Assembly (NCBI GenBank): GCA_963821525.1
Contig: CAWGED010000005.1
Coordinates: 704,001 to 768,000, forward strand
Length of the DNA stretch: 64,000 nt
Direction: 5' to 3'
Source of the DNA: an uncultured Gemmatimonadales bacterium
GTDB lineage: Bacteria; Gemmatimonadota; Gemmatimonadetes; Gemmatimonadales; GWC2-71-9
Part shown: positions 21,301 to 31,766 of the stretch, one piece after another
Layout: the number at the start of each line of letters is the position of its first letter
Position numbering within the stretch: the stretch's first letter is position 1
Translations under genes and position numbers: made by a program
Notes under the pieces: generated by a model
The model's database searches: none
Told to the model about the DNA's origin: nothing
The model's input: only the letters and a program-made list of their open reading frames with translations

Positions 21301-21776
21301 GAGCGGCGCTCCTCGGCCCGATCGGAGAGCAGCAGCTCGATCATCTTCGCCTCGATGACGACACCGGCGTCGCTGCCCAGGCCGGTTCCCCGGAGCAGGT
21401 CCTGGATGTCGCGCAGCCGGACCAAGGCACCGTTCAGCAGATAGTCGCTCTGACCGGAGCGGGAGAGGCGCCGGGTTATCTGGACCTCGCGATACGCGAT
21501 CGGCAGGTCTCCCTCGGTGTTATCGAGGAAGAGCGATACCTCCGTCACGTTGACTGGCCGGCGGCCCGCCGCGCCCTGGAAAATCACGTCCTCCATCTTC
21601 CCGCCGCGCAGCAACCGGGCCGATTGCTCGCCCAGCACCCAGCGAACGGCATCGGATACATTCGACTTGCCGCATCCGTTGGGACCTACGATCGCTGTGA
21701 CTCCCTCGCCGAAACTGAGCGTGACGGTATCGGCGAAGGATTTGAAGCCGGAGAGCTCGAGCTTGGTGAGCTTCAT
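18306..21776 (-). CDS. smc: Chromosome segregation protein SMC
   Basis: GFKSF, GPNGCGKSN, long coiled coils with hinge, LSTGER, MDEVDAPLDD, ITH. Confidence 0.96.
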   Translation of the reverse strand: MKLTKLELSGFKSFADTVTLSFGEGVTAIVGPNGCGKSNVSDAVRWVLGEQSARLLRGGKMEDVIFQGAAGRRPVNVTEVSLFLDNTEGDLPIAYREVQITRRLSRSGQSDYLLNGALVRLRDIQDLLRGTGLGSDAGVVIEAKMIELLLSDRAEERRSLFEEAAGIGLYRDRRQTTERRLEETGGDLQRVEDLIAEVQSQIRSLARQRGKAERYAKLSEEKFSVQLTLARRQLERLAGQIASSEERHGVLTQELPEARDVVGDAEQVREECARTRASAEVQRTEIARRLGDVRLELGRLDGDLALAAERLANAAARRLRATDERGQMEIRRQQAQRDHDAADAERKTAQLERERIATDLAGRAQTEQEVRLQLGDQRQAVRQLEEDLQRRAQILKSLEGERGSLETDLSSLREQASVVSGRRQDLQAELDVAERRRAEAVSNAERLSAEAKRTSAEAERGRHLLAETRRREALGRADRRAAEESLAQLTTRRQALEELERDRVGLAPGAAALLAAKSRFGGAVLGPLSDFLRAGREDAEIAERLLGEWVHAVLVSDSAALEAIQDWHASEQPGMIALLPIDSGPTGTEGDDPLAGRLVAEGHAAAWVRALLAGSQVLAGGGRVLRRPNGAILLPGAPAPSGPLRRRAELESLTHEVRAAQAALNKAEMELAETVRRLAEVEAALDQASQASDHARDAERVAVATRDDAVRMASSTGRDLGDAETQFASLKERIERSERRLVEIDIALTEGELARVRIEESLGQARSRLADLEGQQEAARDARVHCQVQEAQVVARLEAAQGYLERALRTGEEAELASAALAIELTRLTDDTTGLAQQQALWLEARAERKVAVLELEAAAADADQAASEAEQALEEAENELHAMRTRLDDLTEEAHRIDLEMTEATARRRGIVERVEAEWRKPIDTLLAEAPMLDLDIDTLENEAARIVSSLETIGPVNALAVEEHAEESKRLDFLVAQRDDLVAARHSLQQAIREIDGTARAMFLETFTAIRTSFLHVFQTLFGGGECDLRLANPDDPLESEIDIHAAPRGKRTQRIHLLSTGERTLVAVSLLFSIYLTKPSPFCLMDEVDAPLDDANVGRFTRLLDEFKQSTQFLVITHNPRTMQSAEAVYGVTMQEPGVSTIVGVRLAERQAV

Positions 21777-23173
21777 GGGCTGGCGTCCTGTCGATCGGGT
21801 TGATAGATGAAAAATGGACGACCCAAACGGCGGCCGGCTGATTCGGCGACTTCCCGCGTCGGATAGGGACCGAGGACCACGCGAAAGCCCTCTTCTCCGG
21901 CGCGCGGGTCGATGACCCGGGCCGGGAGTCCCGCGCTGCTCAACTGGGAGGCGAGCTCACTCGCCCAAGCCTTGTTCTGCGAGCTGCTCACCTGGAGGAA
22001 GACCTCGCTGCTCGACACGCTGTCTTCCGCCACGACGGTTGACTCAGGAATCTCCGGAGTCGGGCTTGCGGTACCGGTCTCAGGAGACCAGGGAAGCGTG
22101 ATCCAGTAGTCCTTGGCGCCGCCCTTGACCCGCCCGGTGACGGTCATCTTCGACTGGGTGAGATCAACCGCGACGAGGTCTCCCCCCGACTTGAGCAGCA
22201 GGAGCTGCTGATTGGTGACAGTGGGAAGATCGGAACTCCATTCGGTCTCGAATCCCGCTACGAATTTGTTGCTCGACAGATCCACCAGCCAGAGCGAGTC
22301 CGCGGAGGGTGGATTGATCAGAAGCCACCGCCCGAAGGGACCCATCCGCAGCGCACGGGCCGGTCCGGGAAGGGTAATCTCCCCGACTTGCTCATTGGTG
22401 AACCGATTGAATACCAGAACGGATCCTTCCCGCCTCGCCACGTACAGGCGGTGTCCCGAAGGCGAGAAGGCAACGGCTCGAGCGTGTTCCGAGATCGGAA
22501 TGCTCTCCAGCTTGTTCTGCTCTCGCGGATCGATCAGCACGACCGCCGTGTCGGCCGCGACAGCCACCATGTCTCCCCAAAAGGTTGCCGCCGCGTCGCC
22601 CGAGGGGATCGGAACCTCCGCGGGAGGCTGGTCACTGCTCAGCACATTCAGCTGGTTACCAGTGCCGCGGGTGATGGCGAGCAGTTGGGCATCCTTGGTG
22701 CCGAAGAGGTCGCGGGGTCGGCTGGGCAGCCGGCTCTGGAAGCGGACCGGATTGCGGCGCACCAACTGGGTAACCGCGTTGCTGTCGTCGACGGTATAGA
22801 GAGTCCCGTCCGGCCCGATGGCGGCATCACGAACTCCGTCGATCACCTGCTGCCGCACCCTGCCGGTCTGCAGGTCGAGGGTGACGACCTCGGCTTTGGC
22901 TCCCAGCAGGTAGATCAGTCCCTGGTCCAAGTCCGCACCGACGACCCGGCGAACTCCTGGCAGGGCCCCCTCGGACTTCCACTTGGCCGGATCCAACTCG
23001 GGCGGGCGGTACAGCAGTGCCTGACCCCCTGCCGAGGGAATCCGAAGCAGCGTTGAGGGCGGTGAAGCACTGGCAGCGGAAAGACCGTGAGCCAAAGAAG
23101 GCGGGGGAGTCTGGCACGCGAGCGCACCGACGACGAGCCCCGCAGCGGCGAGGTAGGGACGGCCGTTCACCAA
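21773..23173 (-). CDS. Lipoprotein with beta-propeller and C-terminal SPOR domain
   Basis: Lipobox-like ALAC; YVTN-like repeat (VAFSPSGHRLYV); FLQVSS...FRVVLGPYPTREVAE. Confidence 0.75.
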   Translation of the reverse strand: MVNGRPYLAAAGLVVGALACQTPPPSLAHGLSAASASPPSTLLRIPSAGGQALLYRPPELDPAKWKSEGALPGVRRVVGADLDQGLIYLLGAKAEVVTLDLQTGRVRQQVIDGVRDAAIGPDGTLYTVDDSNAVTQLVRRNPVRFQSRLPSRPRDLFGTKDAQLLAITRGTGNQLNVLSSDQPPAEVPIPSGDAAATFWGDMVAVAADTAVVLIDPREQNKLESIPISEHARAVAFSPSGHRLYVARREGSVLVFNRFTNEQVGEITLPGPARALRMGPFGRWLLINPPSADSLWLVDLSSNKFVAGFETEWSSDLPTVTNQQLLLLKSGGDLVAVDLTQSKMTVTGRVKGGAKDYWITLPWSPETGTASPTPEIPESTVVAEDSVSSSEVFLQVSSSQNKAWASELASQLSSAGLPARVIDPRAGEEGFRVVLGPYPTREVAESAGRRLGRPFFIYQPDRQDASP

Positions 23174-23179
23174 TGAAAG

Positions 23180-23306
23180 ATAGGTAGGACGGCCGGGCGG
23201 TGGGAGTGTGGAAGAAGGGCGGGCCGACGGTACGACAGCTCGACAGTAGGACTAATAAGCTTGGCCGCTCCCTACCGCCGCTCCACCGTACCGCCGTCCC
23301 GCCCCT
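23180..23306. repeat. Degenerate inverted 8-mer arrays, intergenic
   Basis: GGACGGCCGGGCGGT...GGGCGGGCCGACGGTAC versus CCTACCGCCGCTCCACCGTACCGCCGTCCCGCCC. Confidence 0.5.
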
Positions 23307-23307
23307 G

Positions 23308-26300
23308 CTAGAAGGCCGGACCCAGGCTGAGGGTCCAGTAGCCCTTGAAGGCCGACCGCTCCTGCGGAATCGAGTAGTCGACCCGCAGGATCATGATTCC
23401 GAACACGTTCATCCGCGCTCCGGCGCCGAAGGTCTGGCTCGGGGTCCGGACGTTCAAGGGATCATCCCCCGCATCGCGGTGCCATTTCACGGTGCTCGCG
23501 TCGTCCCACGCCACACCCACGTCATAGAACAGGGCGCCCTCGATAGGCGGGAAACCGGCCGGCAGGAAGGCCAGGCCACCGTACAACAGGGGGAAACGGA
23601 GTTCGGCATTACCGACCGCAATCCTGGTACCCAGCAGCCGCTCGAGCTGCACGCAGGTGAAGTTGGCAGCGCGGCATTCGTTGTTGTAATAGGAGCCCGA
23701 GGTATTGCCCCGGACCAGGTCGGTGCTCCCCAGGAAGAGCAGGAATCGGTCGTTATCCGGGCCGTACCGGCCATAGCCCAGCAGCCGGGTGGCCAAAGTG
23801 AACGGACCCAGGAGGTGATCGTAGCGGCGATAGTCCGCCAAGAGCGAGGTGTACTGCCAGCCGCCGACCGCCTGGCCGACGCTCAGTCGCAACCGCTTGC
23901 CGTAGAAGGGAGCTACGTAGCCCGGCAGTGAGTTGTCGAATACGTATGCCACCGACGGCTCCAGGAAGGTGGAGTTGCCGACGCTCGCCTCCCGGGTGAC
24001 CGGGTCCTGAGTCAGGATTCCGGTACCCGGATCGAATTGCTCGAAGACCCGCTGGATGTGCTCGTCGACGTTCACGACGGCCATGTTGCCTTCGAGACGC
24101 CGGAAGCGGTCGATCGGATAGTACGAACCGAACTGCGCCGACCGATAGACGATACGCTGGATGTTGGTCACCAGCACGTTGTCGCCCGAGCCATCGTTTG
24201 CCGGGATCACGACGCTGGGCTCGATGAAGTAGTAAGGCTCCTGACTCAGGCCGACGCCCCAGTTGAGCCGGTTGGTCAGGTTGAAGTACGAGGCGCCGAC
24301 CTGGGCCTCGGTAATCCGGCCGTTGATGAAGAGCGAGAACAGGAGGTTGTGGTTGCCCAGCATGTCGCTGAGCTGTATGGCGCTGCCTCCATAGAACCCG
24401 CGGCCGAAGTTGTCCCGGGTGTAGCCGATGGTCGGCCGGGCCACGTAGTCGGGCTGGAACTTGACCTTGTACTTCTGGTCGGAGAACTCGGCAGTATCCG
24501 GCAGGTTGAGCGCCACCGAATCCATCAGGGCGCTGATCGAGATCGGCTCGGTGTGCGACGAGTCGCGGCCGGCCGGCTCGGAATCGGCCTCCCGGAAGCC
24601 CTGAGGCGTACGGTAGAGCGAACCGGTGTCCTCGATCGGGGGCCGATTGCCCACCTTGGTCGAGTCCGTGACGGTGTCGGCCATCTCGCCGACCGGCTTG
24701 ATGACCGAGTCTACCCGCTGAGCAATGAGAGGCTGAGGCGCTTCGGCGGGGACGGCGCAGGCGTTTCGGTAGGCGGCTTCCAGGGATCGCGCTTGAACGA
24801 GCGGATGTTATCCACCGCGTAAACGTCGAAGTCTCCCTTGTTGTAGATCACCGAGGCGAACCGATCCGCCTTCTGGGCCCAGCTGATGACCGGGGAGGAC
24901 GAGGTAATGCCCTGCGCGCCGGTGAACAGATGGGTCAGCTGGTAGAGCTGCCGGTCGGTGAAGTCGAACAGATAGATGTTGCTGACCCCGTCGCGGTCGG
25001 AGACGAACGCGATCGACTGGCCATCCGGCGCCCACTGGGGGCTCCGATTGGTTCCCCATTCCATGTAGGGGAGGACCTCGATCGAGTCGGTGTCCAGATG
25101 GTACAGCGCGATCTTCAGGTTCCCGATCTTCAGGGTATTGAAGTCGGTGTCGGGGCCGCGGTCGGTCGCGAACGCGATGGTCTTCCCGTCGGGAGACCAG
25201 ACCGGATGGAAGTCGGCGTTCTTGTCGTTGGTCAGTCGCTGGAGGTTGTCCCCGTCGGCGTCCACGATGAAGAGGTCAGAAATGCCTCCGTCGAGGCCGG
25301 TGAACACGAGCTTGGTGCCGTCCGGACTCCAGCTCGGAGTCAGGGCACCACTGAGCTTCAGCTTGATCCGCCGGATTTCCTTGTTTCGCTTGGGATCGAT
25401 GATGACGATATCGTCCCGCTCCCCCTTCTTGGCTGCGATCGCGAGACGGGTCCCGTCGGCGGACCAGGAGGCCGTCGAATTGATGAACCGGAAGGTCTCG
25501 TAGTTGGTGCTGTAGGTGGACTTGAGCAGCTTCTTCTCGACCTTGCCGGTGTGGGCGTCGGCGAGGTAGAGGTCCACGAAGAAGAAGTCGCCCTCGCTGA
25601 AGTAGGCGACCTGGGTCCCGTCAGGGGAGAGGGCAGGGGCCAGGTGGTAGGTGCCCTTGGACTTCTTCTGGCTCAGGATCTCTTCCGCCACGGCACGCGG
25701 AGCGTCGCGAGTCGCCACCTCGGGCAGGTAGCGCTTCTGCACCGCGTCGTGCCAGAGGTCGGTGAGCTTCGCGTAGTCAACGCCGATGGTGCGCTTCGAG
25801 CGATCCTTCGAGACCGCCACCGCCCGCCAGAGTTCCCTGCAGGATCGCACCGATCGCCTCGTCTCCCCACCGCGCCCCGATGAAGGCGAGGAGGGCCTGT
25901 CCGAAGCGATAGGGGAAGATTCGAGGGTCGTTTTCCAGCTGGTCGATGGTGGGCATCTTCCCGTTGCGCACCGCGTCGCGCAGCCACATGGCGGTGTTGG
26001 CATCCACGGCACCGGCGGGATCGCCCTTGTCATTGGTCTCCACCGACAGGTACTCGGCCATGCCTTCGACGAACCAGAGGGGCGGATTGATCGCGATAAC
26101 CTGCTGCAGGCCCGCGCCGGCCCGACCCCGACTCCAGATGTCGTACTGGAACTGGTGAACCATCTCGTGCTGCAGCACGTGCTCCAGGTCATCGTAGGAG
26201 CCCGTGAAAGGGAGAATTATCCGCTGCTTCAGGAAATCGGTGACGCCGCCGGTGCCTTCGCTGGGCGACTCGCCCCCCAGCGCGTTGGTCTGCTGGAAGT

Positions 26301-26574
26301 CGGAGTGCGAAGCGTAGAGGATGATCGGCTTCCGTTCCTTGTATTCGTGCTTGAGCAGGCGGGACAGACGGCCGTACGACCGCTCGGCCATCCGGGCGGC
26401 ATCCAGCGCCGCCGCCCTGGCATCCGGGTAGTAATGGATGTCGAAGTGCTCGGTCCGGAGGATGCGAAAATCAAACGAACGGTACTGGACCTTGTTCTGC
26501 CCGAAGTACTGCGCAGGGAGCAAGGCCGGAGTCGCTGCCAGCAGGGCCAGCCCCAACGCCAGGCGTCGAATCAT
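23308..26574 (-). CDS. Omp85/BamA-family outer membrane protein with N-terminal zinc-peptidase-like and TolB/PD40 propeller domains (frameshifts near 25795 and 24715)
   Basis: Signal peptide, QYFGQNKVQY, HEMVHQFQY...PLWFVEGMAEY, repeated SWSPDG, VRG...NAELRFPL...FYDVG.AW barrel, terminal F. Confidence 0.85.
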
Positions 26575-26591
26575 GAGCGATACCCATCTTG

Positions 26592-26954
26592 TCAGTGACC
26601 GATGCTCAATTCGGGGGCATCGGTCCAGAGCCGCTCGAGCTGATAGAACGCTCGTGACTCTGGGTGAAACAGGTGGACCACAAAGTCCACATAGTCCAAC
26701 AGCACCCACCGTCCGACGGTCAGTCCCTCAACGTGGTGGGCCCGTTGTCCCTGGTGATGCAACTTGTCCATCACCGAGTTGGCCAGGCCTCGCACGTGCG
26801 CATCGGACGTACCGGACGCTACCACAAAATAATCCGTCGCATCGTTGAGACCGCGCAAATCCAGCACCAGCAAGTCCCGTCCCTTCAAGTCCGCGATCGC
26901 CTCGATGGCGGTTCGCAGCGCTTCGGGCGGCCGCGCCCCGGTGGGACTCTTCAT
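26592..26954 (-). CDS. rsfS: Ribosome silencing factor
   Basis: DLKGRDLLVLDL...DYFVVASGTS...WVLLDYVDFVVHLF....RAFYQLERLW. Confidence 0.93.
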   Translation of the reverse strand: MKSPTGARPPEALRTAIEAIADLKGRDLLVLDLRGLNDATDYFVVASGTSDAHVRGLANSVMDKLHHQGQRAHHVEGLTVGRWVLLDYVDFVVHLFHPESRAFYQLERLWTDAPELSIGH

Positions 26955-28788
26955 GCGGCCGCACCCGTGCGATGCTCGTCGCACCCCGTCTTCCACCTGG
27001 TAGAACACCGCCCATGCCCCGAATCCAACATGGGCACCCAGGACCCCGGTGGCCAGCGTCACGAAACAATCCCGGGGCTGGTACGCGGCGACGACGGCTC
27101 GCCGCATCCGCTCGGCGGGCTCCGGGGCCTCCGCATGGACGATCCCGAAGCGCACCGCTTTGGGCCGTGGAGTGAGGCGTCGTTCCAGCAGACTCAGGAC
27201 GCGGGGTACCACATTGTCCCGTCCCCGCACCCGGTCCACCGGAATGATGGACCCGAGATCATCCAGGCCGAGGATCGGCTTCACGTCCAGCAGCCCGGCG
27301 AGCCAGGCTTTTCCGCGAGTCACCCGACCCGAGCGCAACAGATTGTCGAACCGGTCCACCGTCACCAGCGCGCCCGACTGGCGCCGTACCCGCCGCAGCT
27401 CTTCCGCAATGTCCCTGGCCGACCACCCCGACTCCGCGAGTTCCGCACCTCGCAGGGCCAGGAGTCCGAGCCCGAGCGAGGCCGATGCACTATCAACGAA
27501 TTCTACCCCATCTATGTTGGCGGCACGCGCCGCCATCATCCCAGCCTGAAACGTGCCGCGACAGCCGGGAGGCAACCAGCACCGCTACTACTTCGTCGGC
27601 CTCCGACCGAGCGTCCCGCAGGACCCGCACGAACTCGGCCGGTGTCGGCTGCGAGGTGGTCGGGTGCGCTCGCGAGCGCCGCATCGTGGCGTAAAACGCT
27701 TCAGGCTTCAGCTCCACCCGATCGCGGTACACCGTATCGCCGAACATCACCTGCAGCGGCACCAGCGCGATATGATGCCGGTCCAGCACGGCATCGGGCA
27801 AATCGGAGGAGCTGTCGGCCACGATCGCTACTGGGCGCCGCTCGGGATGCGCGAGTTTCCGATGCTGCACGCGCATGTCTTCCGCTTTGGTCGCGGAGAC
27901 CGTTCCCCAGCGGGCTGCACAGGTAAAGACGGCATCCGGCGTGTCCGTGTGCACATGAAGCTTGAGGATGTCTCCCGCCACCACCACCTGCACGCTGCCG
28001 CCGAACTCGCGCAGGACGGAGCGTACCTCGTTGGCCGACGGAAGCTGTTCGCCCCGGACCATCGCCTCGGTGCAAAACTGGAAGTCCCGCTCGGCGGCGA
28101 CATCGAACTCTGCTGCGGGAATGGATGAGAATTCGCCAGTGGTGGCCGTCGCCGGAAGGATGGGATCGCCCTCGATCAGCCGAACAACTCCTTCGATCAT
28201 CCGCACGAAGCCCTTGCCGCCAGCATCTACCACACCGGCTTCCTTGAGCACCGCCATCAACTCGGGGGTGCGGGCGAGCGCGACTTCGCCTTCGGCGAGG
28301 AGCCGGCTCATGAACACGCTGATGTCGGGAGAGTCGGCGGCCGCGCGCTCGGCGGCGAGGGCGGCCTCCCGAGCGACGGTGAGGATGGTGCCTTCCCGCG
28401 GGTCGTCGAGAGAGGAGTAGAGCCGGTCGGCGCCCTGACGGATGGCGCGCGCGATGTCCTGCGCGGTGCCTTTCTCTCTTCCTTCGAGCGCCTCTGCGAA
28501 GCCCAGAAGAAAGTGCGCGAGCATCATCCCCGAATTCCCGCGGGCGCCGAGGACGGCACCGCGAGCAGCGGTCCGAGCGGTATTGTCGAGGGGTGAGTCG
28601 CCCAAGGCCCGCAGGGCATCGGCGACCGAGCGGAGGGTCAGGCTGAAATTGGTGCCGGTGTCACCGTCGGGGACCGGAAAGACGTTGATCCGGTTGATCT
28701 CATCCCGTCCGGCGGTGACCCAGTCGGAGGCTGCCAGCAGTGAGCGTGACAGCCTCGGACCGTCGACGTATGCGATCCCGACGCTCAT
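26951..28788 (-). CDS. DAK2-DegV fusion (FakA/FakB fatty acid kinase-like; frameshift near 27558)
   Basis: INVFPVPDGDTGTN, GARGNSG, EGTILTV, VVDAGG, KLHVHT, then DegV DSSSDLP, PTTSQP, S..LSGT, SGRV, VKPIL, GAHVG. Confidence 0.88.
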
Positions 28789-28798
28789 CGGGCTGGAT

Positions 28799-29243
28799 TC
28801 ACTCAGCCTCGACGGAGACGTGAACCTCGGCGTGCACGTCGGCGTGGAGCCTGACGGGGACGACGTGAGCGCCGACAGTCTTGATCGGCTGGGTCAGCTC
28901 GATCTTCCGGCGGTCCACGGTAAGCCCCTGGGTCGCGAGCGCGTCGGCGATGTCCTGGGCGGTGATCGATCCGAACAGTCGCCCTTCCTCGCCGGCTTTG
29001 CGGGTCAGTACCACGCTTGGCCCCGGCCAGCCGGCCGGCGAACGCCTCGGCCTCGCCACGCTCGGCCACACGGCGCGACTCACGGGCCTTCGATTCGGCC
29101 GCGATGCGCTTGCGGTTGCCCTCGCTCGCCTCATACGCCAGGCCCTGGGGCAGCAGGAAATTTCGGGCATAACCGGCCTTCACCTTCACCAGCTCGCCGG
29201 CCCGGCCCAGAGACTTCACATCTTCACGCAGAATCACTTCCAT
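28799..29243 (-). CDS. rplI: 50S ribosomal protein L9 (frameshift near 29015)
   Basis: [13 protein letters not shown]...[14 protein letters not shown] joined to [16 protein letters not shown]...IKTVG. Confidence 0.93.
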
Positions 29244-29247
29244 GACA

Positions 29248-30181
29248 CTACCCTCCTGAGGCGGCGGCAGTGAACCGCCGGCGAAAATCAATCCAGGTGT
29301 CGGACAGCCCGAAGAGGAACAAGCCACTCAGGGCGACCGGGAAAATGAAGACCGCACCAAGGCACAACGCGACGAGCACACCGCTTCCCGATGAGCCTAT
29401 CGCCGACCAGGCGACCGCGGCACCCCGAGTGACATACAAACAACCGACAATCAGCGCCAGATTGGCCCCGAGGACACGTGCCGCGTCCGGCAGCGGTAGC
29501 ACCAGCAGCGCCAGACACAGCACGACACCCCAGACGACATCATCGCTGAAGCGAAACTCGGCGAACGGTCCAGCCCGGTGGCCATACGGCTTGGCCGCGA
29601 TCCGGTGGTACCAGCTCCACGCGAGTGCCATCCCGGGGATAGCGCTGGCGACGAGGAGCCCGGGGAACAGCGCTGCCGAGGCGCCAATACCATCCGCCAT
29701 CGCATTGATGTACACCCGCGACGCCGGCCGCGCGCTCGGGAGAAAACAGTCCCGATTCCAGCAACTCCCGGCATCGCTCCCAACCGTCGTGGGCCACGGC
29801 GAGGGTCACATCCTTCCACTGGGTTCCCAGGATCCAGGCCCAAGCCGTCGCTCCGGCCGTGGCGAGACCACAGGCACCCAGCGCACCCGTGATCATATGC
29901 CGCTCACGAGTCAGCATGAGCAGGGCGAAGGCACCCGCCGCCATCAGTCCCCAGCCGATCAGCATCGTGCTGGCGATCCCCGAGGCCCCGGCAGCGAAGA
30001 ACGCGATGGCGCTGACCGTGACCCCGAGCCAGATCCATTCTCGGCGCGAATCGGGTCGCGACGCTGCCAACAACGCGGCGAGGGGCCCGAGCACGAGAAT
30101 GGGCGGGAACAACACCAGATAGCCAAACAGCACTGCCGCCCCAGCCCACGAGGTGCGGGGCCGCCCAACGGTACCAGCCAC
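29248..30181 (-). CDS. YybS/DUF2232 family membrane protein (frameshift near 29730)
   Basis: Multi-TM, C-terminal [12 protein letters not shown]; lies between rpsR and rplI. Confidence 0.8.
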
Positions 30182-30189
30182 AGTAGCTG

Positions 30190-30411
30190 TCAGCCTACGT
30201 AGCCCTTGATGTAGGGCAGCAGGGCGAGCTCACGCGCCCGCTTGATTGCTGTGCTGAGCTGCCGCTGATGCCGGGCGCAGGTTCCGGAAAGCCGGCTGGG
30301 CAGGATCTTGCCCCGCTCCGTCAGGAACCGGGTCAGGGTCCGCTCGTCCTTGTAGTCAACCACCCGCACGCCGGCCTCGCAGATGGCGCAGGTCTTCTGG
30401 GGGCGTCTCAT
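30190..30411 (-). CDS. rpsR: 30S ribosomal protein S18
   Basis: [38 protein letters not shown]. Confidence 0.97.
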   Translation of the reverse strand: MRRPQKTCAICEAGVRVVDYKDERTLTRFLTERGKILPSRLSGTCARHQRQLSTAIKRARELALLPYIKGYVG

Positions 30412-30749
30412 TCATCGTCCTCCTCATCGGCCTTCGCGGCGCCAACCGGCACCGGCTGCTCACCCTCGCTTACCACCACGAGGAACCGGAGGACTCCTTC
30501 CTCCAGCTTGACCGCGCGCTCGAACTCCGGCAGCGCATCGCCGGTAGTGTCGAACTTGGCCACGACGTAGTACCCCGTGTCATGCTTCTTGATGGGGTAG
30601 GCCAAGGTGCGCTTCCCCCAGTGGTTCACCTGGGGAGCGTCGGCGCCTGGCTTCTGGATGAGGGCGTGGAATCGAGCGAGTCGCTCGTTGATGGCGGCTT
30701 CTTCGAGTGCACTATCGAAGATATAGACCGCCTCGTACTGACGGGTCAT
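30408..30749 (-). CDS. rpsF: 30S ribosomal protein S6
   Basis: RQYEAVYI...[12 protein letters not shown]...GYY...VLRFL. Confidence 0.96.
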   Translation of the reverse strand: MTRQYEAVYIFDSALEEAAINERLARFHALIQKPGADAPQVNHWGKRTLAYPIKKHDTGYYVVAKFDTTGDALPEFERAVKLEEGVLRFLVVVSEGEQPVPVGAAKADEEDDE

Positions 30750-30812
30750 GACACCTTCCTTTGGTCGATGAGCCCCGGCCCTGGTGTGGGGTCCGGGGAG
30801 GATGATTGTGAA
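30750..30812 (-). promoter_or_regulatory. Possible S6:S18 ribosomal-protein leader RNA
   Basis: Minus strand CCTCCCCGGACCCCACACCAGGGCCGGGGCTCATCGACCAAAGGAAGGTG: hairpin plus an anti-SD-like CCTCC directly upstream of rpsF. Confidence 0.45.
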
Positions 30813-30859
30813 CGGGCGGAATTGTAGTGGGGGTAAGGACTTAGGGGAAGGGACGGCTT

Positions 30860-30991
30860 AAAAGCGTGAGAAGTGAGAGGTAAGAGGTGAGAGGGGGCGC
30901 CCAAAGCGAGCGACCCTCCGTGGCAGGCGCCATAGAGGGTCGCGGAACCGCTGTTCCTTCTCACTTCTCACCTCTCACTGCTCACGCTTTT
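30860..30991. repeat. MITE-like element with inverted 7-mer arrays and an internal hairpin
   Basis: AAAAGCGTGAGAAGTGAGAGGTAAGAGGTGAGAG ... CTTCTCACTTCTCACCTCTCACTGCTCACGCTTTT; inner GCGACCCTC...GAGGGTCGC. Confidence 0.75.
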
Positions 30992-31704
30992 TATCGTCGC
31001 TTGCCAAACAGCCTGAGGATGAACAGGAACAGGTTGATGAAGTCGAGGTAGAGCGCCAGCGCCCCGACGATCGCGTAGGACCCGACCTGAGGACCCTCGA
31101 CCTGGAGCGCCATCGCCTTGAGCCGCTGCGCGTCCCACATCGTGAGTCCGGTGAAAACCACCACACCGCACACCGACAGGATGAACTGGAACATGTCGTT
31201 CTGCCAGAAGATGCCGACGATCGACGCGATGACGACCCCGATCAACCCCATGAAGGCGAACTGCCCCACGCCGGCGAGGCTGCGACTGGTCATCGTCCCG
31301 TAGAGGGCGAGCGCTCCGAACATCGCGGCGGCGGTAAGGAACGCCGTCGCGATCGAGGACCCGGTGTAGACCACGAAGATCGCGGACAGCAGCACGCCCA
31401 TCAGGCCGGCGTAGATCACGAACAGCACGCCTGCCTTGGTCGGCTCGATCTCCGAAATGCGGGCCGAGAGGTACCAGACCATGCCCAGGGTGCCGAGTAA
31501 CAGGCCCCAACGTAGAATTGGGTTGCCGAAGACCGCCTGCAGAATGACCGGAGAACTCGCCACGTAGAAGGCTACGACTGCCGTGACGGCGAGACCGACG
31601 AACATCCACCCGTAGACCTTCCGGAGGAATGCAGTGATTCGCTCGGCCTCCAACGACTCCTGAGCGAGCGAGGGCTGGCCGGTTCCCTGGTATGGGTTCG
31701 ACAT
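30991..31704 (-). CDS. Bax inhibitor-1/YccA family membrane protein
   Basis: FLRKVYGWM, about 7 TM, WDAQRLK, GALALYLDFINLF. Confidence 0.92.
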   Translation of the reverse strand: MSNPYQGTGQPSLAQESLEAERITAFLRKVYGWMFVGLAVTAVVAFYVASSPVILQAVFGNPILRWGLLLGTLGMVWYLSARISEIEPTKAGVLFVIYAGLMGVLLSAIFVVYTGSSIATAFLTAAAMFGALALYGTMTSRSLAGVGQFAFMGLIGVVIASIVGIFWQNDMFQFILSVCGVVVFTGLTMWDAQRLKAMALQVEGPQVGSYAIVGALALYLDFINLFLFILRLFGKRR

Positions 31705-31766
31705 GAAGTCAGAACTCCGAGAAAGGGTGTGTTTGGCTCCCGAAACTTAAGCGGCTCGGATTCCTA

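Noticed and set aside
19695..21803. Long plus-strand ORFs (also 48888-50606, 54582-56234, 59566-61620, 62682-63923)
   Set aside because: Antisense shadows of well-supported genes in high-GC DNA, with no recognisable motifs.
26592..27575. Apparent DegV-RsfS fusion ORF
   Set aside because: A TGA overlapping the rsfS ATG (ATGA) lies one frame away. Given the many indels, a frameshift near 26985 is more likely than a true fusion.
28799..29243. Programmed frameshifting or pseudogenisation of rplI and others
   Set aside because: No shared slippery motif was recognised, and the density of breaks fits sequencing error.
30746..30964. 72-aa ORF upstream of rpsF
   Set aside because: It is a translation of the heptamer repeat element and leader, with no protein-like features.
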